DNA from: a virus
Virus record (IMG/VR): IMGVR_UViG_3300042891_002337
Location: 1 to 64,000 of that record
Length of the DNA: 64,000 bases
Reading direction: 5' to 3' (one strand)
Positions within the stretch are counted from its first letter, which is position 1. Each line of letters starts with the position of its first letter. The notes beneath the pieces were generated by a model. That model was given only the letters and a program-made list of their open reading frames with translations. It was not told the DNA's origin and did no database searches. Both the position numbers and the translations under genes were made by a program. Of this stretch, positions 49,501-59,849 are shown piece after piece.

Positions 49501-50219
49501 TCTTTATCTTCCTCATCATCTCCAAAGACAAACTTGGGAGGAACAACGTCCATCTTGAAGTATGGAATGCATCTGGACAGTTCAAGTGATGTAGCAATTG
49601 ATGTGAATGCTGCAACCTCCTTGGTGTCACGTGAAGTTGGACCAAAGCCAGGTTTCAGGATCTCTATGACGCTGCAAGACACTCCTGTTCCAATTGATGG
49701 AATCCCTGAGATCGAATCAGCTTTCATGAATCTAGGCGTCGAATGACACTTCATTGGAACTGAATTCACAAGGTCATAGAATGAAGGTTCACCTTCCTTG
49801 AAGTGAGTCGTGGAACCATTCATCAGGTATTTTAGTTTATCCTTGTCACCTGAGTATGGATGAAGCATCGTTATTCTTATGGCGTTTCTGAGCTCTTCAC
49901 CTGTAGACTTAGTGGTCTCAGCATTTGACATAAGGGCAACAAGGCTGTCTACAATCTCTTTCGTGTACCTGCCGGTCAATCCTTGGTATTCATTCCTTGG
50001 AGTGAGAGACATGATTTCTTTTGCAATCTTTGACACAGGTGCAGAGGTTGCTATTGATGACAGGTCAGGTGCATCTCCCAAAGCTTCCTGGACCTGAGCA
50101 ACTTCTCCTGCATACTGCAACATTGCGAGTTCGACATTTGAATAGTTGCCTGTGTATTTTAGCAGCGATTCAAGGTTTTTGTCGTAATCTTCCTTTGTAA
50201 TGAATGAGCTTTCAGCCAT
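46539..50219 (-). CDS. Large baseplate/hub-type structural protein
   Basis: 1226 aa after the LysM gene; LEYGW and GIYTISTVDHTL..G.FTT typical of hub/late-control-D folds. Confidence 0.6.
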   Translation of the reverse strand: MAESSFITKEDYDKNLESLLKYTGNYSNVELAMLQYAGEVAQVQEALGDAPDLSSIATSAPVSKIAKEIMSLTPRNEYQGLTGRYTKEIVDSLVALMSNAETTKSTGEELRNAIRITMLHPYSGDKDKLKYLMNGSTTHFKEGEPSFYDLVNSVPMKCHSTPRFMKADSISGIPSIGTGVSCSVIEILKPGFGPTSRDTKEVAAFTSIATSLELSRCIPYFKMDVVPPKFVFGDDEEDKEKKGSTIETPPYFNIIGFLKGDKKEVLTNLKSLKYGADEGISLSTGFDSTKPDGKNAVRLSMGGGGMELFTTPQTMMTERSNLQNFTTPVLDRTRPFMTVTNAKITTNIACGWNVYKSATLEIVLHDRSRMNLIAPLLRPEIFAGTDKTTFYLEYGWSHPDGKKTTSGRGFVNPIGAFLNSMRVREAYEAYNVSYNFADSGQVNISLQLVSKSQVGLFALDTSITEVQESVRIVEELVKKINKQFNDIESSGTDTSTLKTAFPEVIMGGIGSADAALSMNLEKYEEIKKNVDLLAKSPSEAGKVGVEIQRLLQTVKQAQESSSAQGVKKLENLYQSQEIFPISFTSSGSPSSSVTIPPGNPGAKDSLSVSKPCVSLGKVLYAFIAAPLASTGQFAEVQLIFHTHNRRASFMRSVSIARHPLDYEILKKDVTDFLKQKPKMSIGDFITMLNEKHIGNDSSFAYGFSKFMPKSDKDKVDSTILEKQSKVINAAGIKDGVYMKPSISLYSECVMGSNSQPILRIHVTDSRSITHASYVDMLRSARDTADKIFSSVDINPDHPMSTNIPEAKSVGSDIAKLNKYLTDKGVLKPALAESKAPTAKTDENKTPIDQKNSITDAKSLKRLVSKGMPTIRYGQGAGAINSIGVSSLSDPALTTVALTAGGQSSALDPANADQLRGIPMRITPAEMSVEMIGCPLLNPMQSFFVDLDTMTSLDGIYTISTVDHTLSPGTFTTSSKLLNTGDSYATFRSAGTDMSNALSRWMQEDAQKKLIEEEKRQQQLQEDRVREQKAARDIAIQHQKDEQAKRQTLSDAEKAAIEDYNKVLDTLWKKFINSINGRSRNAEQNADCQPFRVSVEDAMGREKVIDLSEAYYKSGTGLFVGVHEATDRILLLAAKYVDEARASYSTSGESRNILSSITAAISNVQGLPLNTGRSELQSSFSKNLSSVKLSAQEAALSEFQSAISDKDNAIKKVVDELQKKLEKKSPS

Positions 50220-50500
50220 TACAACTTCTCCATCTGCGACTTGTCAGGAATGGCGACAACAGTTCCAGGTGGGCATTGCAATCCCCACCCGATTCCACTT
50301 GCTGCTGCAATAACCCACCAAAGAGTAGAGTCACCGTAGTATTTTCCAGCAATCTGGTCGAGCCTCTCTCCTTCTTTGAGAGTTATTATTGTTGTAGAAA
50401 GCTGCCCTGATGCTACAAGGTTTCTAACTGTAGTCGCCATACTTCTGGAGTCAAGGGACTTCCCACCCATAATGGTAAGTGAATTGCTGTATCTTCTCAT
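50219..50500 (-). CDS. LysM / tail-X baseplate protein
   Basis: GERLDQIAGKYYGDSTLWWVIAAA. Confidence 0.85.
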   Translation of the reverse strand: MRRYSNSLTIMGGKSLDSRSMATTVRNLVASGQLSTTIITLKEGERLDQIAGKYYGDSTLWWVIAAASGIGWGLQCPPGTVVAIPDKSQMEKL

Positions 50501-53500
50501 ATGAAGTTCTTCTTATATGGTGCTGTAACTGTGTTCTTTGGATTTTCACCTCCAGCAGGCTTGCTCTCTCCCAAGGTGGTTTCATAAGTTCCGTCTTGTT
50601 TCACCCTTGAGATTCCATGTGATCCTCGAGTGAGGTCACCAACAGGGTAAGCCGGGGCGACCATTGCACCCTGGGAGTCAAGACCCATCGGTAGGTCGTG
50701 GATAGGTGCAAACTGCATGGTTATCTTAAGGAAGATGGGTGCCTTGGAGCCGAGGCGGTCAGTCTCCCAGGTGGATTCATTCCAGTCCATTGCCATGGAT
50801 GTGAGAACTCCTGCTAGCCCGTATCCCATTGAAGACTCGAAGGATCGAACTATTGCATTATTGTTGCTGAAGAAGTCACCGATATTTTTTATTTTACCAG
50901 CATCCGGGGCTGGTGGCGATTTTTCTGTTGATGGCAGGAAAATCACCGGAATTAGTTCAGAGCCATCATTCTCGATATCTACATTCGTTTCAAGAAGCTC
51001 CCATGGAACAGCAACATATTTCACCTGATCTGGTTCTTTTTCTTTTGAAGCATCTGCACCTTTAGGTGGTGATGGATCAGCTGCCTGTGATGCACTTGGA
51101 TTCACAGGTGTTACAAGTTCGCAGAATGCAACGTTCTTGCGCCCAGAAGCGCTTCCAAGAAGTGTGAGATGATTTGATTCAAAAGTTTCATCAATTTTTA
51201 AGAATTTGACCTGTGTGTTCGGTCGAAGGTGAACCCTGTATGTTGGCTTTAGAATACTGCTTGGCTTGTCTTTAAAGCCAACATAAACACCACCACGAAT
51301 GATTCTTCCTGCAACTGCTCCAGAGAAAGGGTTCATATCAGACGACAGTTTCGGTGAGCCGTCAGTTGAGCTGTCTTTTATCCTTTCAAAGTATGCACTG
51401 TTTACTTCTCCACCGTCAGTTAAAGATTTCTTAACTTTTTCAAATTGATCATTCGCAATTTGTGGCTCTGCAGAATCTTCATCCTTTGTAATGTGAAAGG
51501 TTCTGTCTTTCTTTCCCAATCCAAAAAGTCTTGCAAGTCCAAACCTGCTGTAATTGCTTGCAATCACGTCACCAACTCTGAGCCTTATCAAAGGAGATGA
51601 TCCGTAGACCTGCGAGAACGGGACCTCAAATTGATTCTTGTTGTCTACGTTCGATGCAAGCTTCCCATCAGTATACTGTGGGTACAGCATAGTCACAAGT
51701 TTGTTGATTTTGTACCACATAACATCATGATCTTTCGGACTCGTGCTCACAACATAAAATGAGAAACCGATAGATCTTGTAGTGTTTTTGTACATCTGAA
51801 CCGGATCCTGCCGTCCGAATCCTTCTGCTGCTGTGTAGTTTGCAGTAAAAGAGTCTGACAAGTCCTCAAGGAACGCATGAAAAGAAATGATCTCGTTTGT
51901 GCGTAGATCTCGGAAGTAGAAAGGAACATACTCAGCATCAAGAGCCTTCTCAACCTCTTTTATGCTTTCTTGATCGAAGTAGCCATCATCTGTTACTGAT
52001 TTTCCGCCACTTCCTGCAAGTGGAACTCTTCCTGCAATCCTGTCAACCCAAATTTTTTGAAGATTCTTTTCATCAGAATAAAGCAATGCTGCGCCTCGAA
52101 TCATAGATCCAGGCATCAATAGTTTCATAGCAGTCGATGAAGATCTCCAAGACAGTTTATTGCCAGTCTCTCTAGACCTCGACACCCTTCTGATTGCACT
52201 GTCTCTATATTGCGCAAGATCATTAGGATTGGAAGGTGGCTTCTCAAGAGTTTCTTCTGTTATGTCGACACCGCGAAGAGTCACGGACCCAACATCTATG
52301 ATCCTGTTGACAAATGTGACTAACCTGTTTGTTCTGATAGCTCCAAGGATTGCCATCGCCCCTGCAACTCCACCTCCTCCGGCAGAGAAAGAGTTGATGA
52401 AAGAATAAAGACCTGTGAGAACTGACCTTGACACCATAACGTAGTAGTCAGGACTCATTGCAAAGTTCAGCAGAGCTTTTCCAACAATCGTGCCTGTATC
52501 TGCGCCACTTGTCGATATTCCAAGGAAGAGATATGTTCCCTGAAATGCAGCTGCTAATGTTGACACATTGTACGGCTTCTTTGTGCCGAAGACCATTCCA
52601 AGGAGGTCTTCTCCAAATGTAGTGTCTCTCTCTGATCCTGGTGCCAACCTGCCTGTCCTGTAATCAGGTCTATCAAGCTTCTGAATTATGAGAGCTACAA
52701 CAGCAGACCAAACAAGCACTGCCAATATGATTGCAAGCAATGCAGCAAGCGCTGAGAGTATCGTAGTTCCTGACTTGAACAGGTTTCCAAACGGTGAGTC
52801 TACACTGTTCTTATTTCCGTAGGAAAGCCCTGTGTAGATGCCTCCTGTAGTTCCGAGACCATCATCTACCTTTAGGCTTGCTTGGTTCTGATTGATGAGA
52901 TGCGACGGAATGAATGTGCTTCCATCAACGTCAACTCCATTTTCTATGTCACCAACAAGGTCGATAGAACCCTTTCCCTCGCGAACACGCATGCCATCTA
53001 CACCAATTCGAACATTAGCAGGCGCGAAATTTATCTGGTGACCTACAGTGTTCTTGCCTGCCGAGTAGAACAGGGCGTCCTCGGCGGCCTTCTTCATCTC
53101 AGCTATCTTTTCAAGTGATGATGTGAAGTCATCACCTTCAAAATTTTTACTTACCTTGCCTGCTGTAAAGAAAGAATCCCTTGTGTAGATATTGTCTCTT
53201 AAAACGGAACTGATACCGCTTTTCAGTCTCTTTGATGTCTCAGAACTTCGTAAAGAGTTGATTGTCCCCGCAACAGCTGATGTAGGATCTTCTATTGGAT
53301 CTTGGTCAAGTTTCAAAATCTCATCTGCCCTGTGGCCACCTATTACTGAATTCAGGACACGATGCCTTTCGATATCTGACGTATCATCACGTATGATTTT
53401 ATCCCGGCTTACAGGTCCGCCCTTTGTGCTCCACTCCTTGTAAGCGCTGTCATTTTCGGTTACAAAAGATTCCTGATCCGAAGAAATCTGTGACAGGACA

Positions 53501-53742
53501 TCTCGATTGAGGATCAAGTCATCAGAAGTCTCAGAGATTGGAAATGCATTCGATCTCGGTGGGTTGTACTGAGCTTTTCTCGATGGGAATATCTTGTCAT
53601 CAGACTGCTTCCCTTTGGTCCTCTCGCTCAGGTACTTGCCCAGTGTGATCCTGTTTTGCTTGCTCAGGTCGAGTCCGTTCTCGTTTGCCTGGGGCACGAA
53701 GAGGGCGGCGTCCACATTCGGATCGTTGTTCTTGATTGACAT
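50497..53742 (-). CDS. Baseplate / tube-initiator-type structural protein
   Basis: FHAFLEDLSDSF...FGRQDPVQMYKNTTRSIGFSF, PLIRLRVGD; synteny. Confidence 0.6.
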   Translation of the reverse strand: MSIKNNDPNVDAALFVPQANENGLDLSKQNRITLGKYLSERTKGKQSDDKIFPSRKAQYNPPRSNAFPISETSDDLILNRDVLSQISSDQESFVTENDSAYKEWSTKGGPVSRDKIIRDDTSDIERHRVLNSVIGGHRADEILKLDQDPIEDPTSAVAGTINSLRSSETSKRLKSGISSVLRDNIYTRDSFFTAGKVSKNFEGDDFTSSLEKIAEMKKAAEDALFYSAGKNTVGHQINFAPANVRIGVDGMRVREGKGSIDLVGDIENGVDVDGSTFIPSHLINQNQASLKVDDGLGTTGGIYTGLSYGNKNSVDSPFGNLFKSGTTILSALAALLAIILAVLVWSAVVALIIQKLDRPDYRTGRLAPGSERDTTFGEDLLGMVFGTKKPYNVSTLAAAFQGTYLFLGISTSGADTGTIVGKALLNFAMSPDYYVMVSRSVLTGLYSFINSFSAGGGGVAGAMAILGAIRTNRLVTFVNRIIDVGSVTLRGVDITEETLEKPPSNPNDLAQYRDSAIRRVSRSRETGNKLSWRSSSTAMKLLMPGSMIRGAALLYSDEKNLQKIWVDRIAGRVPLAGSGGKSVTDDGYFDQESIKEVEKALDAEYVPFYFRDLRTNEIISFHAFLEDLSDSFTANYTAAEGFGRQDPVQMYKNTTRSIGFSFYVVSTSPKDHDVMWYKINKLVTMLYPQYTDGKLASNVDNKNQFEVPFSQVYGSSPLIRLRVGDVIASNYSRFGLARLFGLGKKDRTFHITKDEDSAEPQIANDQFEKVKKSLTDGGEVNSAYFERIKDSSTDGSPKLSSDMNPFSGAVAGRIIRGGVYVGFKDKPSSILKPTYRVHLRPNTQVKFLKIDETFESNHLTLLGSASGRKNVAFCELVTPVNPSASQAADPSPPKGADASKEKEPDQVKYVAVPWELLETNVDIENDGSELIPVIFLPSTEKSPPAPDAGKIKNIGDFFSNNNAIVRSFESSMGYGLAGVLTSMAMDWNESTWETDRLGSKAPIFLKITMQFAPIHDLPMGLDSQGAMVAPAYPVGDLTRGSHGISRVKQDGTYETTLGESKPAGGENPKNTVTAPYKKNFI

Positions 53743-53772
53743 GTTAATATGTAGGTGGACCTGACTTTTCTG

Positions 53773-53982
53773 TTAGGTCTGTTCCCTAAGAAGCTTCTCC
53801 AATTGAGTCGGATTCATGCTGTCAAGTGCAGGCATCATGGTCGATATCTTTCCCTGAATTGTAGTAGAAACTTCCTTTATCATTCTCATGCCCTCTTCTT
53901 TTTCTTCCGGAGATGCCTGCTCCAGCATCGCCTTGACAATCGGATTGTTCATAATCTCATTAATAACGTTTGGATTTCTCAT
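53773..53982 (-). CDS. Small hypothetical protein
   Basis: 69 aa between tape measure and baseplate genes. Confidence 0.55.
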   Translation of the reverse strand: MRNPNVINEIMNNPIVKAMLEQASPEEKEEGMRMIKEVSTTIQGKISTMMPALDSMNPTQLEKLLREQT

Positions 53983-54011
53983 TGACTCATCTCCACATTG
54001 TCACAGAATTA

Positions 54012-57000
54012 TCACATTGGGCGTGGACCTGTTTGCTTCGGTCCAACGCCAGGAGTTCCTGGCGGGGCTGACTGTTCCTGCCTTGTCTTTACCTGACCCA
54101 GCACCAATGAGAGGTCGGCAGCATCCATGGTCAGGTTGATCTGCACGTTGATATTGATTGGCTTGTTATCGATAGTGAGCTTTTCAGGTGAGATTGCGAG
54201 GAGCTTTCCTATCTTTTCAATCCTGGCATTCATATTGATGTTCTCAATGCCAGCGAGCTGCTCATCAATCATGTTGATTTGATCAACAGTTTTCAGGATC
54301 AATTCAGTGTAACTGTCACTGGAGATCTCACGCATCGTGTCGATGGAACCCTGAATTCCATCAAGGTACAGGCCCAAGTTAGAAAGTGCTTGGAATCCAG
54401 CCTCAATCCCAGCAAACTTTTCAGTGGTGAACGTTGGAAGGCTGTTGAATGCCGTTAGGACTATGTTCAGGTTTGCAGCCGCTGCATTGATGTAATTTCC
54501 TACAGTACCCCTCATGTTCATCAGTTCGCTTGCTCGACTCTCCAAAGACCTCTCAAAGAAAGACGTTGTGAATGCGTTGAGGAGCCTCTCAACACCAATC
54601 ATCATTGATGTCGTCACATTCTCAATTGCTGTTATCTTTTCCTCAATCGTCCCGACGGTAGCAGTCGGTGAGGGGATCATGTTGAAAGCACTGACAATTT
54701 GTACGATTGCACCGCTGAGAACATTAATCACTCTGGTCACGGCGCCGGCCTTCGACTCAAATGATGCTGTGTTCGCCTCTGTAACGGCAGCCTCTCCTAT
54801 TCCCTTTGTGGTCTCGGTTATCGAGTTCATGACTCCGGTGAGCCGTGTGACCTGCTCCCATATCATTGTCATGACGCTTCCAACATTCGTAACACGCTGC
54901 TTGATTTCTTCGGCTGTTCCTGGTATCGATATGCTGAGGAACATGTCGGCCATCCCCTTCACGACTGGTAGGAGCTCTTCGATCACTTTCTTCACAGCAT
55001 TCGACTTAATCAGGAAGTCTGCCTTCAACTTGACAAAGTCATCACCCTCTGGGAACAGGGCCAGCATGTTCTGAATTGCTGTGACGATTGTTGAGATCGC
55101 TGCACCCACACCTTCAGCCTTGTCCTTCACCGTTTTCGGGTCACCTGTTATGTTGATCTCATTGAACTTTTCCATGAGACCCGGCAACATGTTCTTCAAT
55201 TTGTCGAACACTATCTGAAACGGACCGCCTTCTCCCATGAATGTGATGACCTTGTCCATGTCAACAAACGTGTTTTCGTACTTGGAGGACTCCAGCGTAG
55301 CTCCTGTGAGCATTGCAAAGTTTGCCTTTCCTGATTCTCCCTTCTGCGTCGTCTTGCCTAGAGCAGCGGCAGCTTGGGCTATTGATCCGAAGGCACCGGC
55401 AAGATCACCTATCGCTCCTACCATCTTACCAACCATCTCTGCCTTTGCTGACATGGACTTGATCTGCTTCTCTGACATCGCTGCTGTCATCTTGTCTATT
55501 GTTTCCATGATGAGCGGCAGAGTGTCGATTACAGCATAGAATATGCCGTTCTTGTTTGGTCCCAGCAGGAAGTCCTTGAGTGCGTCAAGTTGACTGGCAG
55601 CCGTGACTCCAACCTTTGTCGTGACCCCAAGGCTGGATCTTTCCTCAGCTGAACCAGAGAACGAACTGATGCCTGATGTGAGCGATGTGATGAGGTTTGA
55701 GATCGGGTCAAGCATGGCGGCAACAAGCTCGGCCCTCTTAAAGTCTGACTCTGTGTACGATGGAATTCGAGAAGCTGCATCGAATATTGTCCTGATTGAC
55801 ACAGCAAGGGAGAACAGGATAGTTTGGAAGAATCCTGCAATTGAGTCCAGCTGAGTCTTGAGTGTCTGAGCATCCTCTTCATCTGTCGTGAACCAGCCGT
55901 CTGACCTTGCAATTGTCATCTTGACTATCTCAAAGAGAGGATCAAGTAGGCCGAACACCTTCTCAAGGACCTGGACTTTCTTGAAAGTTGTTCCTGGGTC
56001 GAAAGGCGCCTTGTTTATCTCTTCAAGCATGTTCGCCATGATTGGAATGACACCAATCATCATCGTGGCCAGGCCTATAATTCCTGCTCCAATCATGTAA
56101 AGAGTCGCTGGATTTACGAGTAGGAATCCAATACCAAGAGCAAGTGCAACCATCGCTGCCATTGCAGCTATTATCAGTGTCATTGCGCCTATGGTGGAAG
56201 CTCCTTTCCATGCCTCCTCAGGTGTCGGCGCAATTGCCATAAATGCCTTCAAGCCAAGAGCAAGAACAGCAAGGGCGGCCAGTATTACGACTGATCCGAC
56301 CATGAGCCCTATTGCAATCTGTCCTGCTATTGCCGGAGTTACGACTGTCGAGAGTAGATAACCCAGCCCTGCAATTGCCATGAGTGACCCAATAGTCACA
56401 AGCATTGCAAGTGATAACAGTGTGATCTTCATTGGATCAAGACCAAAGCTCTCAAAGAGGATAACCAATCCGCCCATCGCAGCCATTAGAATAGAAGATG
56501 CAGTAAGGATCGCTAAGCCTGTGATTCCCAACGACATCGCAGACTTCATTCCCTTTGCCGGGGTCGGCAAAAATCCTGCTGCGTAGGATATCGCTGTTAT
56601 TCCAAGAACTGTTGCGACAACCATCCCAAGACCAAGGGCTACGGCTGCAACACCTCCTGGGACAAGTGCAAGAATTGCACCAATGCCTGCCATGATTGCC
56701 ATCAATCCTGCGGCAGCCGTGAGGATAGGATAAGTTCCTTTGATTTTTTCAGCAGTTTTTAATGACTGGCCCTTGGTTGGAAGTGTATTCGCAACCATTG
56801 AGATTCCAGCAATCGCAAGTATCGCTCCTCCGAGAGCGAGCAAACCAACGATGATGGGTGCAATGCCAACAGTGAGGATTACCTTCCCAACAACAAACAA
56901 AGCAGCAAGGAATCCAATGAGAGGAGGAATCAAATGCCTGACGATTGCCCAGAGGTTCTGACCTGCTTTCTTGATATCATCTGGTTTGAGATCAATGAGC

Positions 57001-59540
57001 CTCTCAAGAAGGGACTTTGTGGGTGCGACCGGACCGGCGGCGGCAGCTGTCGTGCCTTCAACTTTTTGTGCCTGTGCTGCGATTCCTGCCTGCGGTGAGG
57101 GCGCAGTTGGGACAGATCCGGCCGCCGCAGCCTGCGTGTTCTTCTTGAAGACATTCAGGAGACCGCGGCGCATCTTCAGGTCCATAAATTGCATCAGCTT
57201 TTCCATGCCAGCTGTAACAGCGGCGGATGCCATTGCTGATGCAATTCCAAGGACAATTCCCTGGATGAAGATCATTCCAAAGTAGATCGCCATCGCCTTG
57301 TAGAGGTATGGCTTTATTGCCTCAAATGCAAGTTCCAGCAGGCGGACCAGGGCCTCCTTGAGCTTGGGCCAGTTCTTCTCAATCACCTCACCGAGCTTTA
57401 TGAAGGCATTCTTGAACGCAGCGCCAATGCCAGTCTCAGTAGCATCAGATATGAGTGTGTTTGTTGAGTCGCCTGATATGAAGTCGGCAAGGGCATTGAG
57501 GACCTCAGTGAGTTTCTCCATCAGGAAGCTTGTCGCACCGACCAGGGCATTTCCCATGTAACCGACGAGTGTTTCAACTGCAGACATTATTCCGCTGGTT
57601 GCCGCCGGATTGTTGAACATGCCCTTGAACCAGTCTATGAAAGAATCAAAGAACTTTGAGAAGGCCTTCTCGGCAGTAGCAGGATTCTTCAGGTCCTTGA
57701 AGAGGTTCTGGAATATCTCTACGAGCTTGTTTCCCTGCAGCTCAAACTTGGCCGGGTCGAATATGTCTGCTATCCCTCCAAAGATCTGTTCGATCTCCGG
57801 AAAGGTCTTGAGGAAGAAATCGCCTACCTTTACGCCGATGTCGTAGAACTTTTGCATTGCAAGCGCAATGTTCTCTGACATCTTCTTCATGGCCTTGGAT
57901 TCTGATATTGCCTTCTTGAATCCGCTGGTGAATGCATCTATGAAAGATGTGAACTCCTTCTTCGCTTCGTTGGCGCCTCCGCCGCCACCACTCTCACCTG
58001 GAAGCTTCTTGATGTTAGTAGCGAGAGCCTGCAGCAGCTTTGACTGAGTCATTAGCTGGCGGTTGGTCTCAGATGCGGCATCTGCTGCAGCTGATTCAGC
58101 ATCTCCAAGCTTCATTCCCTTGCCGGCCTGTCCCAGTGCCTGCTTGAGGTTGTCACCGAGACCTGTAGTCTGTGCAAGGTAATTGATCTGCTGTCTGCTC
58201 AGGCCGTCAAGCGACTTTCCACTCTTTGCGAAGGCATCACGCAGCATATCAATCTGCTCAGCAGGATTCTGCGTCTTCATCATCTTCATTGAGTCGATCT
58301 GGATTCCGAATGCCTGTGACAACTTTGCCGAGGCCTGCGCTCCTGACTCAAAGTCGTCAAAGACGCCCATGACTCCCTCAAGAGCCTTCATCTCGAGACC
58401 GAGTTTCCTAACGTAGACTGAGACTGCGCCCATCGCCTTGCTGCTCATGTTTCCGAACTTTGTGTAGTTCGCGCTCATGTATGCAAGGTCTTTGCTTATC
58501 AGCTTTGAACTGATCCCAAACTTCTTGCCGAGAGTCTCAGACATCCTTGCCGTGTCTTCAAGGACTTCAGTGAGGCTCTTGCCGGATGCGTATGCCTCCT
58601 GTGCAAAGGACTGCATTTCCTCGTTTGAGAGACCGAGTCCTTTCTGGAATATTGTGAGCTTAGTTGCTGACGTCTTGAGCTCATCACCAAAGACGTACAC
58701 CATGGGGCCAAGCCCCTCATACATCTCCTGCATTGCCTTGAGGGCATCTGCCTGTTTGCCAAACACACCGGCAAGAGTGAGACCGGTTCCGGCAAGGTTC
58801 TTTTGCTCGGACTCGATTTGATTGTACATGTCGACAACAAGTTTTCCTTCTCCTGTCGCAATGTCACCGAGCTTATCCCTGACTTCCTCTAGTGCAAGTG
58901 CGAAGGAATTGTCACCTCCGCCTCCTCCACTACTCTTGGCTGAAAGAAGCTTGTTTCCTTCCTCTGCTGCAAGTCCCAATAGTTGGAAGGGTATTGCAAG
59001 CACTGCCTTTCCAATATTGAAAAGTCCGCCTACAAGTGTTCCGACGCCACTTATGAGTGAGGCGACCCTCGCATTCGCAGCCGTGAATGCACCTGATACG
59101 TTCTCACCTGCCTGCCGAGCAGCATTCGACGCCATATTGAGGGCGTCTGTTATCTCAAATATGCCAAATGACGCTTCCTGGAACTCCAGTTCCCTGGCAA
59201 ACCTCTCAAGAGCAGTTCCGGCCTCGTCGAACTCTGAGACGAGGTTTCTTACGCTCTTTTGAATTTTGCTGTTGTTATTGACAGCCTTTTGAGCAGCAAT
59301 GTCATTTTGAGCAGCAATGTCACGTGTTCCATTCACTGACTGCTCAGCAGAGGCAGCCATGGACCTCTTCATCTGACCAGCCTGCTCAGTGGCAGTGTTC
59401 ATGTTCTTGGACACACGATTCAGAGCATCTGCCATAGTCCTGGTCGAAGATGCTATCTCGGTCCACAGCGCAGACTGCTGTGCAAGAAGGTCGTTTGTCT
59501 CTCTTACGCTAGCAGACGATGGGTCGGATGGAGGAGGCAT
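54012..59540 (-). CDS. Tape measure protein
   Basis: 1842 aa, Ala/Gly-rich helical with a long hydrophobic block, downstream of tube and chaperone. Confidence 0.88.
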   Translation of the reverse strand: MPPPSDPSSASVRETNDLLAQQSALWTEIASSTRTMADALNRVSKNMNTATEQAGQMKRSMAASAEQSVNGTRDIAAQNDIAAQKAVNNNSKIQKSVRNLVSEFDEAGTALERFARELEFQEASFGIFEITDALNMASNAARQAGENVSGAFTAANARVASLISGVGTLVGGLFNIGKAVLAIPFQLLGLAAEEGNKLLSAKSSGGGGGDNSFALALEEVRDKLGDIATGEGKLVVDMYNQIESEQKNLAGTGLTLAGVFGKQADALKAMQEMYEGLGPMVYVFGDELKTSATKLTIFQKGLGLSNEEMQSFAQEAYASGKSLTEVLEDTARMSETLGKKFGISSKLISKDLAYMSANYTKFGNMSSKAMGAVSVYVRKLGLEMKALEGVMGVFDDFESGAQASAKLSQAFGIQIDSMKMMKTQNPAEQIDMLRDAFAKSGKSLDGLSRQQINYLAQTTGLGDNLKQALGQAGKGMKLGDAESAAADAASETNRQLMTQSKLLQALATNIKKLPGESGGGGGANEAKKEFTSFIDAFTSGFKKAISESKAMKKMSENIALAMQKFYDIGVKVGDFFLKTFPEIEQIFGGIADIFDPAKFELQGNKLVEIFQNLFKDLKNPATAEKAFSKFFDSFIDWFKGMFNNPAATSGIMSAVETLVGYMGNALVGATSFLMEKLTEVLNALADFISGDSTNTLISDATETGIGAAFKNAFIKLGEVIEKNWPKLKEALVRLLELAFEAIKPYLYKAMAIYFGMIFIQGIVLGIASAMASAAVTAGMEKLMQFMDLKMRRGLLNVFKKNTQAAAAGSVPTAPSPQAGIAAQAQKVEGTTAAAAGPVAPTKSLLERLIDLKPDDIKKAGQNLWAIVRHLIPPLIGFLAALFVVGKVILTVGIAPIIVGLLALGGAILAIAGISMVANTLPTKGQSLKTAEKIKGTYPILTAAAGLMAIMAGIGAILALVPGGVAAVALGLGMVVATVLGITAISYAAGFLPTPAKGMKSAMSLGITGLAILTASSILMAAMGGLVILFESFGLDPMKITLLSLAMLVTIGSLMAIAGLGYLLSTVVTPAIAGQIAIGLMVGSVVILAALAVLALGLKAFMAIAPTPEEAWKGASTIGAMTLIIAAMAAMVALALGIGFLLVNPATLYMIGAGIIGLATMMIGVIPIMANMLEEINKAPFDPGTTFKKVQVLEKVFGLLDPLFEIVKMTIARSDGWFTTDEEDAQTLKTQLDSIAGFFQTILFSLAVSIRTIFDAASRIPSYTESDFKRAELVAAMLDPISNLITSLTSGISSFSGSAEERSSLGVTTKVGVTAASQLDALKDFLLGPNKNGIFYAVIDTLPLIMETIDKMTAAMSEKQIKSMSAKAEMVGKMVGAIGDLAGAFGSIAQAAAALGKTTQKGESGKANFAMLTGATLESSKYENTFVDMDKVITFMGEGGPFQIVFDKLKNMLPGLMEKFNEINITGDPKTVKDKAEGVGAAISTIVTAIQNMLALFPEGDDFVKLKADFLIKSNAVKKVIEELLPVVKGMADMFLSISIPGTAEEIKQRVTNVGSVMTMIWEQVTRLTGVMNSITETTKGIGEAAVTEANTASFESKAGAVTRVINVLSGAIVQIVSAFNMIPSPTATVGTIEEKITAIENVTTSMMIGVERLLNAFTTSFFERSLESRASELMNMRGTVGNYINAAAANLNIVLTAFNSLPTFTTEKFAGIEAGFQALSNLGLYLDGIQGSIDTMREISSDSYTELILKTVDQINMIDEQLAGIENINMNARIEKIGKLLAISPEKLTIDNKPININVQINLTMDAADLSLVLGQVKTRQEQSAPPGTPGVGPKQTGPRPM

Positions 59541-59583
59541 GATTCCTTGCCGCGTTACAATTAATTAGTTTTGCAGCAAAAAG

Positions 59584-59823
59584 TCACAGGCTCCAAGTGT
59601 CACCTGTGAACTTCTTCCAACGTGTGGATGCATCCTTCTTTTTCTGAATTGCGTTTGCAATTTCAGTCTCAGATGATTCCCTGCGTAGGCATTCCAGTAA
59701 CTCACGTGATGCCTGAGTCACTTCGTATAGTGTTGCCAATAGTAATGGATTGCCAACAACTTGAAGTTCCTGGGTGTTTCCGAGGATGTAGTTTGCGAGG
59801 TTTGAACGAAGCTTTCTGTCCAT
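59584..59823 (-). CDS. Small late hypothetical protein
   Basis: Late box ATAGTTA exactly 5 nt upstream of ATG 59823. Confidence 0.65.
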   Translation of the reverse strand: MDRKLRSNLANYILGNTQELQVVGNPLLLATLYEVTQASRELLECLRRESSETEIANAIQKKKDASTRWKKFTGDTWSL

Positions 59824-59849
59824 GTCGATAACTATCACCTCGGAAAGTC

